Source of the DNA: an uncultured Elusimicrobia bacterium
GTDB taxonomy: Bacteria; Elusimicrobiota; Elusimicrobia; 2-01-FULL-59-12
Direction: 5' to 3'
Assembly: GCA_963702895.1 (NCBI GenBank)
Contig: OY969767.1
Coordinates: forward strand, 1,824,001 to 1,888,000
Length of the DNA stretch: 64,000 bases
The notes under the pieces were generated by a model. It did not search any database. It was not told where the DNA came from and worked only from the letters and a program-made list of their open reading frames with translations. Every line of letters starts with the position of its first letter. Positions within the stretch are counted from its first letter, which is position 1. Positions 28,116 to 36,600 of this stretch are shown here, one piece after another. Position numbers and translations under genes: made by a program.

Positions 28116-28536
28116 ACGCCTTCGCGTTGTCCTCGATACGAACGTCCTCTTTTCCGCCGTCGCGTTTCGCAAAAACAGCCCGTCTTCCTTGATCTTGAAG
28201 CTGGCGCGCGCCCGTAAATTCGAGGGGTTTCTTTCACGCTTCATCTTGAGCGAACTGCTCAAGAATCTGGAACACAAGGCCTTCTGGGACGAAGAGGCGC
28301 TCTTGAGGCTCCGCAAGCGGCTGCGCATGACGTTCATCATCATCGACCCCCGCCTGCGGATCAACGTCATCCAACGCGTCGAAGCGGACAACCGTATCCT
28401 GGAATGCGCCGCAGCCGCCAAAGCCGACGTCTTAGTCACCGGAGACCTCCGTGATATCCGCCCCTTGGGCCATTCCCAGGGGACGGAAATTCTGACCCCC
28501 AAAGAATTTCTTCAAAAATATTTCCCTCACGCTTAG
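28099..28536 (+). CDS. PIN-family toxin (PIN_3 type)
   Basis: RVVLDTNVLFSA, DNRILECA..AKADVLVTGD, ILTPKEF. Confidence 0.88.
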   Translation: MRPESKRLRVVLDTNVLFSAVAFRKNSPSSLILKLARARKFEGFLSRFILSELLKNLEHKAFWDEEALLRLRKRLRMTFIIIDPRLRINVIQRVEADNRILECAAAAKADVLVTGDLRDIRPLGHSQGTEILTPKEFLQKYFPHA

Positions 28537-28539
28537 TGT

Positions 28540-28720
28540 TGGTATCGGAGCAACGGGGTATCGGGGTAACGCCCGCCACTGAATCCTGGCGGGCCCGCCA
28601 AAGATGTTGTGGCGGGGTGTAACGGAGTATCGGGGTAACGGAGTATCGGGGTAACGTCGTAACGGCGTCGACGTGACTCCGGCACTCCGAAACTCCGCTA
28701 CTCCGATGCTCCGATACGGC
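28540..28720. repeat. Octamer repeats (GGAGTATC/GGGGTAAC) with inverted copies
   Basis: GTATCGGA..GGGGTATC GGGGTAAC..GGAGTATC GGGGTAAC ... ACTCCG repeats. Confidence 0.75.
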
Positions 28721-29058
28721 CGTTTCGCTCTTCACTCTTTTTCCCTCACTCATCTCTCGTCTCTCATCTCTCGTTTCTCTGCTCTCGTTTCTCTGCTCTC
28801 GTTTCTCTGCTCTCGCTTCTCATCTCTGCTCGCTCTTCGCTGCTCGCTTTGCGCTGCCGTGCCGTAAGTCCATGATGTGCCACAGGCCCTCCAAAGACCG
28901 ATCCATTCTCTCCTCTTTCAGTTCTCACTTCTCGCCTTTCTGCTCTCTGGTCTCTGCCCTCTTGAAAGCTTGAAAGCTCGAGGGCAGAAAGAAGAGAACT
29001 GAAAACTGAGAGACACCGTCTTCGTCCCTCATCTTTCGTCTATGGTATACTGCTTCCC

Positions 29059-29292
29059 ATGAAGCGCATTTCCATTAATCCTCGTATTCGCTTCGGCAAG
29101 CCCTGCATCAAAGGGACGCGGATTGCCGTGGTCGATATTTTGAATCTCGTTTCTGCCGGTTACTCCGTTCATGAAATTCCGGGCCAGCTTCCCCGCCTGA
29201 CGAGGAAAGACGTGCTCGCCGCCCTGGCTTTTGCCAGCCGTCTCTCCGAAGAACCCACGAAGATCTTCGCCCGCTCCAGCGCCTCGAGATAG
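29059..29292 (+). CDS. DUF433 family antitoxin (copy 1)
   Basis: RISINPRIRFGKPCIKGTRIAV..IL...G.S..EI...P.LT..DV.AAL.FA. Confidence 0.88.
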   Translation: MKRISINPRIRFGKPCIKGTRIAVVDILNLVSAGYSVHEIPGQLPRLTRKDVLAALAFASRLSEEPTKIFARSSASR

Positions 29293-29295
29293 CCG

Positions 29296-29652
29296 ATGCG
29301 TCTTTTTGCAGATCAGTGCGTGCATGCTGATCTGGTCAAGGCGCTTCGTCAGCAGGGCCACCGCATACAGCTGGCGGCTGAAGCAGGACTCGCCCGAGCG
29401 GATGATGACGCGATCTTTCACCATGCCGTGAAAACCTCGCAGATTCTTCTGACCATGGACAAAGACTTCGGCAATATTGTGCGATTTGATGTTCGGCACT
29501 GCCGGGGCATCGTGCTGATCGACATCGATCGGATGTCCAGAAGCTTTCTGATCCGCCGTGCTCTGGATTTTTTCAGCCGGACCGCTGAAGAGCGCCTCCA
29601 GGGATCGCTCTGGATGATCGGCATCAAAGGCATCAAAAACTGGCCGCGGTAA
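29296..29652 (+). CDS. DUF5615 PIN-like toxin (copy 1)
   Basis: MRLFADQCV, GH, DDDAI, ILLTMDKDFG, GIVLI. Confidence 0.85.
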   Translation: MRLFADQCVHADLVKALRQQGHRIQLAAEAGLARADDDAIFHHAVKTSQILLTMDKDFGNIVRFDVRHCRGIVLIDIDRMSRSFLIRRALDFFSRTAEERLQGSLWMIGIKGIKNWPR

Positions 29653-30204
29653 CGCACCGGTCTTCCCTTTGTGATTTGCAACACCTTGGGGACCGTCCCC
29701 AAGCCGTAAAGGGCCGTCTTTTGCTGTCTCTGCCTCATGCTGCCTCCGCCGTTCTGGCCATTCTGCCGTCCTGGCTTTTCCGCCGTTCGGCTGATCCGCT
29801 GTTTGGTACCGAAGATCCGCCGTATGGTACTGGAGATCCGTCCCACACACGCTTCCCGCCACTGAGACACAGGCGGGCCCGCCTTGCAGTAGTGGCGGGC
29901 GCGTGTAGGGACTGTCCCTGCCTCGGCCGCAGGCCGATGGCCGGGACGCCGTACGGAACCGAGGATCCGCCGTTCGCTTGATCAATCCATGATATGCCAC
30001 ATGCCCTCCGAAGAATGGCGGCACTGCAGAACGGCGGCATTCCAGAACGTCGGCACTCCAGAGTGGCAGCGTGTGGTAATTTCATAAGAACCTCCACTCC
30101 CCGCCGCTCGGGTCAGCCGCTGTTCTGGTAAGCCGCCGTTCGGGTTTGCCGCCTCTCGTTTCACTAATCCATGATATACCACATGCCCTCCGAGTAGCGC
30201 TCCA

Positions 30205-30385
30205 TACAGCGGATCTTTGGCACCGTGAGGCAGATCTTTCGCACCGTGAGGCAGATCTTCAGTACCATGAGGCGGATCTTGAGTTCCGTGGGGCGGATTC
30301 GCCGTACCGTGAGGCAGATCTTTAGCACCGTAAGGCGGATCCGATGTACGGTACCGAAAATCCGCCGTACGGAACCGGAGATCCG
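30205..30385. repeat. Degenerate 21-nt tandem repeats with a GATC core (e.g. GCACCGTGAGGCAGATCTTTA, CCGTACGGAACCGAGGATCCG)
   Basis: About 8 contiguous units with no spacers; related arrays at 32140-32310, 33544-33612, 29795-29840 and 30450-30497. Confidence 0.8.
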
Positions 30386-30526
30386 TCCCGCACACGCTTC
30401 GCGTGTAGGGACTGTCCCTGCCTCGGCCGCAGGCCGATGGCCGGGACGCCGTACGGTACCCAGAATCCGCCGCATGGTTCCGAGGATCTGCCGTACGCCT
30501 TGTTCCCGTGCTATACTCATGACGTT

Positions 30527-30808
30527 ATGAGCCCTCTCGTCAACCAGGTGTCGAAAGCGTTGAACATCAAACCCTCGGACTTGATTCGAAATGGTCTGCT
30601 ATCGTACGTGGAGCGTGAAATTCGATTAACCGAAGAAGACATCGCGGACTTCCGGGAAAAATATCTGGTTTCTTCGCGCTCCGCGCTCCAGAAGAAAATC
30701 AAATCGGGCGCCACACCCAACCACCCAGGGTGGGAAGACGTCATCGCCTGGGAAAACCTGGAAGACCACCTCACCAAACTCCGCAAAACACTGAAGAAGC
30801 TGCATTGA
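30527..30808 (+). CDS. Putative antitoxin paired with the DUF6516/TumE-like toxin
   Basis: I..FREKY..S...L...I..G....HPGWED.I.WE motif typical of small TA partners; extended -10 upstream. Confidence 0.7.
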   Translation: MSPLVNQVSKALNIKPSDLIRNGLLSYVEREIRLTEEDIADFREKYLVSSRSALQKKIKSGATPNHPGWEDVIAWENLEDHLTKLRKTLKKLH

Positions 30809-30811
30809 CAC

Positions 30812-31174
30812 GTGCTCCCCGTATACCAGAAGCTCGCCCAGATCGCACGACGTGAATTTTCGGATATCATAGCGTCGCATGAATACCCCGGCAAGCGGAG
30901 CCTTGGCTCGATCAAGCTCCGATTGCGTCTGCGCGATAGAAGTTTTATCGACATTTGGCTAAGCCCTCGCGGCAAATATTCTTATCATTGGGACCACCGT
31001 TCGCACTCCGGCCACATCTACCGTTTTGATAACGCCCCGCACCATCCCCACCTTCCTCATCACCCTCACCATTGGCACGACGGAGAAGAGGCTTCCGTGC
31101 GATCCAGCCGCTTTCCGAAAACATCTCCGGAACAACTTCGCTTCTTCCTGAAATTCGTTCGCGACCGTTTTTAG
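30812..31174 (+). CDS. DUF6516/TumE-like toxin
   Basis: KLRL.L.D.SFIDIW, KYSYHW, YRFDNAPHHP...PHHWH. Confidence 0.8.
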   Translation: MLPVYQKLAQIARREFSDIIASHEYPGKRSLGSIKLRLRLRDRSFIDIWLSPRGKYSYHWDHRSHSGHIYRFDNAPHHPHLPHHPHHWHDGEEASVRSSRFPKTSPEQLRFFLKFVRDRF

Positions 31175-31305
31175 TTTCGCCCTTCACTCTTCGCTCCTCA
31201 CTCTGTTCCCCTCCCTCATCTGTCGTCTCTCATCTCTCGTTTCTCTGCTCTGACCTTTATCATCTCATCCTCTCCGTCCCCGCCTCATGTTGTCTTCGCC
31301 GCTCT

Positions 31306-31442
31306 TGTCATTGCGAGGAGGCCTTCCCCCGCTGTCATTGCGAGGCCCTCCTTGCAGCCGAAGCAATCTCGACGTTGACCACGACAGCCTGCTTCGTCGG
31401 CCTTTCTCAAAAAGTACGTCGGAAGGCCTCCTCGCCATGACG
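31306..31442. repeat. TGTCATTGCGAG...GCAATC...CTCGCCATGAC palindromic element; 3' half also at ~26981-27032
   Basis: Direct reading of the sequence; RPE/REP-like. Confidence 0.65.
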
Positions 31443-31540
31443 TCCTACGTTCTCCCGTTGTACCAGGCAGCCTGTCTGACACGTTTGATTCGGATGCATA
31501 CCTTAGGTAGAATGTGTATGCATCGCTCAAGGAGGCTTTT

Positions 31541-31735
31541 ATGCGCACCACGTTCAATTTGCCGTTCGACCTTCTCAGCAAGGCCCAGAAAGCTTGCCGG
31601 GCCAGGACCAAAACTGAGACGGTCCTGCAAGGGCTCCAGGCGCTCCTGAAGCGCGAGAAAATCGCGGCGCTCATAGCCCTGCGCGGGAGACTTCCCCTGC
31701 GGTTGGATATCGGTAAAGCCCGCCAACGCTCGTGA
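31541..31735 (+). CDS. vapB: VapB-type antitoxin
   Basis: MRTTFNLP..LL..A......TKTE.V..GL..L; AGGAGG RBS; GTGA overlap with the toxin. Confidence 0.85.
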   Translation: MRTTFNLPFDLLSKAQKACRARTKTETVLQGLQALLKREKIAALIALRGRLPLRLDIGKARQRS

Positions 31736-32130
31736 GGGGCAAGGTCCTGGTGGACACCTCGGTCTGGATCAGTTACTTCCGCGGCGCTTCGTCCCGGTTC
31801 ACCGACCACCTCGACGAACTCCTTCGCCATGACGCTGCTTGCCTCACCGCGATCATTCGGGCGGAGCTCCTCTCCGGGACCCGCCATGAAAAGGAGTTCC
31901 TGCAGCTCTCCGATCGCCTGGGCGCTGTCGACAGGCTTCCGGAGCCCGAGGACCTTTGGGACCGCGTCGCTTATGCTCGTTTTCTTCTGGCCAGGCGCGG
32001 CGTCCAGGCATCCCTGACGGATTTGTCGATTGCCGAAATGGCGCGCCATCACCGCTGTCTCCTTCTCACCGAAGATAAGGAATTCCGACCCATAGCCCGC
32101 GTGATCTCTTTTCAATTCTTTCTCTCCTGA
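31732..32130 (+). CDS. vapC: VapC PIN-domain ribonuclease toxin
   Basis: VLVDTSVWISYFR, ELLSG, D..IA..A, LLTEDKEF. Confidence 0.9.
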   Translation: MRGKVLVDTSVWISYFRGASSRFTDHLDELLRHDAACLTAIIRAELLSGTRHEKEFLQLSDRLGAVDRLPEPEDLWDRVAYARFLLARRGVQASLTDLSIAEMARHHRCLLLTEDKEFRPIARVISFQFFLS

Positions 32131-32695
32131 ACACACAACACCTTGGGGCGGATCTTTAGCACCATGGGGCGGAGCTTTGGCACCGTGGGGCGGATTCGCC
32201 GTACCGTGAGGCAGATCTTTAGCACCGTAAGGCGGATCCGATGTACGGTACCGAAAATCCGCCGTACGGAACCGAGAATCCGCCGTACGGAACCGAGAAT
32301 CCGCCGTTCGCTTGATCAATCCATGATATGCCACATTCCGTCCGAATACCGGCGATAACGGCAGCGCAGAGCGATCAGAGAAAAGCGCAGAGCTCTCAGC
32401 TTGCCGCTGTTCGCTTCTCGCTGCTTGCTGCCGTGACTTATCCGATGATCGCTCGTCTCTCATCGCTCGTCTCTCATCTCTCGTTTCTCTGCTCTCGTTT
32501 CTCGTCTCTCATCTCTCTGCTCTCGTTTCTCGTCTCTCATCTCTCGTTTCTCTGCTCTCGTTTCTCTGCTCTCGTTTCTCTGCTCTCGTTTCTCATCTCT
32601 GCTCGCTCTTCGCTGCTCGCTACCGCGACTTGTCTGATGAGCGCTCGTTTCTCATCTGTCGTCCCTCATCTTTCGTCTATGGTATACTGCTTCCC

Positions 32696-32929
32696 ATGAA
32701 GCGCATTTCCATTAATCCTCGTATTCGCTTCGGCAAGCCCTGCATCAAAGGGACGCGGATTGCCGTGGTCGATATTTTGAATCTCGTTTCTGCCGGTTAC
32801 TCCGTTCATGAAATTCCGGGCCAGCTTCCCCGCCTGACGAGGAAAGACGTGCTCGCCGCCCTGGCTTTTGCCAGCCGTCTCTCCGAAGAGCCCACGAAGA
32901 TCTTCGCCCGCTCCAGCGCCTCGAGATAG
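32696..32929 (+). CDS. DUF433 family antitoxin (copy 2)
   Basis: Protein identical to 29059-29292; offset 3637 bp. Confidence 0.88.
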   Translation: MKRISINPRIRFGKPCIKGTRIAVVDILNLVSAGYSVHEIPGQLPRLTRKDVLAALAFASRLSEEPTKIFARSSASR

Positions 32930-32932
32930 CCG

Positions 32933-33289
32933 ATGCGTCTTTTTGCAGATCAGTGCGTGCATGCTGATCTGGTCGAGGCGCTTCGTCAGCAGGGCCACCG
33001 CATACAGCTGGCGGCTGAAGCAGGACTCGCCCGAGCGGATGATGACGCGATCTTTCACCATGCCGTGAAAACCTCGCAGATTCTTCTGACCATGGACAAA
33101 GACTTCGGCAATATTGTGCGATTTGATGTTCGGCACTGCCGGGGCATTGTGCTGATCGACATCGATCGGATGTCCAGAAGCTTTCTGATTCGCCGTGCTC
33201 TGGATTTTTTCAGCCGGACCGCTGAAGAGCGCCTCCAGGGATCGCTCTGGATGATCGGCATCAAAGGCATCAAAAACTGGCCGCGGTAA
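32933..33289 (+). CDS. DUF5615 PIN-like toxin (copy 2)
   Basis: Differs from 29296-29652 by one K-to-E change plus silent changes. Confidence 0.85.
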   Translation: MRLFADQCVHADLVEALRQQGHRIQLAAEAGLARADDDAIFHHAVKTSQILLTMDKDFGNIVRFDVRHCRGIVLIDIDRMSRSFLIRRALDFFSRTAEERLQGSLWMIGIKGIKNWPR

Positions 33290-33618
33290 CGCACCGGTCT
33301 TCCCTTTGTGATTTGCAACACCTTGGGGACCGTCCCCAAGCCGTAAAGGGCCGTCTTTTGCTGTCTCTGCCTCATGCTGCCTCCGCCGTTCTGGCCATTC
33401 TGCCGTCCTGGCTTTTCCGCCGTTCGGCTGATCCGTCCCGCACACGCTTCCCGCCACTGAGACACAGGCGGGCCCGCCTTGCAGTAGTGGCGGGCGCGTG
33501 TAGGGACTGTCCCTGCCTCGGCCGCAGGCCGATGGCCGGGACGCCGTACGGAACCGAGGATCCGCCGTACGGAACCGAGGATCCGCCGTACGGAACCGAG
33601 AATCCGCCGTACGCTTGA

Positions 33619-36600
33619 TCAATCCATGATATGCCACATTCCCTCCGAATATTTGTGCATTCCCCAGCGCACCTTGTTCGACGGATCGTTGCGCTCAAAG
33701 TTTTCCCCGCCCAGGATACCCGAATAGCGCTGCAGCGTCCAGAGCAGCCCGGCGTCTGATCCTACCACCGAGATATTGTAGTTCGCGCCGTTGGAGCGGC
33801 TCTTCAGAAATTCCAGAGAATTGAACGTCGCGGTCGACACCACGGCGCTTGCCGTGATATAGGTGCTCGTCGAACTGACGCCCGAGCCTGCGTAGTCAAA
33901 GGTCGCGTTGTTCAGGCTGATGCCGTCTGAGCCACTGAGCCACAAGCCATTTTCATCGACGTTGGTGAAGGTGGCATATTGGACGGTGAAGGTGCCGGAG
34001 GACACAAAGGTGTAGTAGGTGCTTGAACTATCTAACCAACTAACCAACGTTGGAGAAGTCGACACCCCCACCGCCTGGAACCCGGCGCCGGGCGCGACAG
34101 CTATTTTGGAGCGGCCGTTGTTGAAGGTCGAGCTCGAAGGTCCGAAGAGGAGCCTCTTCTGCCAATTGGCGTCGCCCGCGCCGGTGTAGGTTTCACTCGC
34201 ATACGAAAGCGTGAAGGTCGCGCCCGACACTGTGTAATCACCCCAGACCCGCACGGTGCCGGTGTCAAAGCTTTGGTTGTAGGAGATCAGATAGTTGCCG
34301 GCCTTGTTGAAGCCGGTGATGGGCAGGGCGAAGGTCGGGTTGACCCGGACTGCTTTCAGGGTCAGGTTGTCCGTATAGCCTTCATGTAGATAAATTTCCG
34401 TCGTGTTAGGCCGGCTGTTCCCGAGAGCGTCGTACCCCAGACTACCGCCAGTCAGAACATTCCCGGTGGTATTTTGCACTCGAACGCCGTTGGTGTTGCC
34501 GTAAATGGTATTGGAACTGATGGTATTGCCTCCACCTGAGCCCACCTGCAAGAAAAGTCCCACTACATTCGAATAGATATTGTTAAAAGAGATGTTATTG
34601 TTGTTCGAATTGTATGACGCAATACCGCCATCGATAGCCGTTTGTTTGAAGACGTTATTGCCGCGGACCGTATGACCACCGCTGGTGCTATTCAACATGA
34701 TGCCTTCCTTGCCATTGGCATAGATGTTATTGCCGGTCACGACATTCCCCGACCCGCCCGTGACCATCACGCCAATGTCGGCACAGGCGTAGATATTGTT
34801 CGACGCGAAAGTCCCGTTAGTCGACTGCGGAACGAGGCCTCGGTAGCCGTGGTGGATCGTCGAGCTGGAAACTGATCCGGTCGCGCCGGTCCTTAACCAG
34901 ACGCCTTGTTGGTACCATATGTCGGCGCCCAAATATGCGAACTCACCGTAGTTGACGTCGAAGCTGGTGGTGTGCGCCGCAAGGCTGTAGAGATAGGCGG
35001 TGTTGGTGGCCGTACTCGTGCCCGAGGACCGGATGACAGCGTTACGTGAAAGATTGCCCACCCTCACGGTCATCGTTGCGTAATGAATTTGGCCCAGTCC
35101 CGGCGCGTAGCTGCTGATGGTCGTGCCGCTGATCGCCGCGATGGTGACGGCCTCGGTGTCGATCGTGATCGTATCGCCGACCTGCCACCCGGTGGCGTCC
35201 CCGACCGAGAAACTGGTCACACCCGGTCCGACGGTCCCGGCGCCGGTCACCGTGGTGAACGGCGTCTTGGTGCTGCCGCGCACGACAAAGTTGCCGCCGT
35301 TGTTCACGATGAGGCCATACTGCCCCGCGTAAGTTCCTGAAGACAAGATGAGGGTGGCCGTGGACCCCGCCACGATGGGGTTGGCCGCGGTGCCCAGGGT
35401 GAGGGTCCCGCCCGCGGCCACCGTCATGTCGCCGCCCACCATGGTGAGGGTGCTCGAGTCCACCGTGCTAAACGCCAGGGTGCCGTTAATCGTGGTGGTG
35501 GAGGCCGTGGCACTGGAAATATCGAGGGTCACCGTGTGGCCCGCGGCGATCACCACCGGGTTACAGGAAGTCGGCACATAGCCCTTGTCCCAGGTGCTCT
35601 CCAAGCCCCAGGAGCCCGTCCCCACACTGGTCACGGTTTCGCAGCCGTAGCCCCAGGTGATCTTGTTCGAGGTGTCGTTTTGTTCAAAGGCGTCGCCCGC
35701 CAGGGCCCCTTCGTAGCCGCCGTTGGCCCACTGGAGACCCGTGCTGGAACCTGCGATCGTGTAGTTGTATTTGTTCGTGAGCGCCGCATCGCCATTATTG
35801 CCGTAGTGGACGCCGATCAAGGTGACGGTGCTTTGGGTGACGTCGTTCAAGCTCAGGAGCCTTCCCGCTGTGACCCCGGCGCGTCCGCCGACATAGTCAA
35901 ACGTCGAATACCGGACAAAGAAAGGCCCGGTGCCAGAAAGCTGGATGCCGTCTTCGTCCATGCGAGTGAAGGAAGCGTGCTGCACGGTGAACATCCCGGA
36001 GGAGACAAAGGTGTAGTAGGTGGCGGAGCTGTCCAGCCAATCCACGATGGTCGGGTACCCCGATACTCCGATACTCCGATACCCCGCTCCGGGCGCTATG
36101 GTGATTTTTGAGCGGCCGGTGTTGTTGTTCCATGTCGATCCAGTTGTTGCCGATTTTCCAAATAACAATTTCTTCTGGACGTTCTGGTCCTGGGAAGCGG
36201 CCAAGAGCGCGAAGTCAAGGAAGTCGCCATCAACCGGCGTCGCGCCGACCACGGTGAGATGGAACTGGGGACCCGCGGCGGGGCAGTCTGTGCTGCCGCC
36301 CGCAGCGCCCGAAATTGTGCAGAGCGTGCCCGGCGTGCTGGATCCTGTCACTTCCCAGCGCGTCAAGGCGCTGTTGTAGGTGATCGTGATGAGTTGGCTC
36401 ACGGCATTGGCGTCGCTTGTCCAGGTGACGCTGGAAGTGTGCGTGCCGCCGACGGCGCGCTTGAGGCTCGGCATCGTGGCGCTCGACTGGTAGAGCCTGG
36501 ACGCGTAATCCAAGGCCATGGTGGATCCGGAAACCGCGTAATTACCGTAGACGCGGACCGTGCCGGTCGCAAAGTCCTGGTTGTAGGAGAGGACGTAATT

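Noticed and set aside
26226..33289. Classical integron
   Set aside because: No IntI, and I could not identify RYYYAAC...GTTRRRY attC sites bounding the genes by eye
25987..33637. Long minus-strand ORFs across the TA island (596, 331, 392 and 323 aa)
   Set aside because: They are antisense to well-supported TA genes and run through repeat tracts
29795..33649. CRISPR array (21-nt units or the 27-nt motif)
   Set aside because: The 21-nt units are contiguous with no unique spacers, the 27-nt motifs are 0.2-2.2 kb apart, and there are no cas genes
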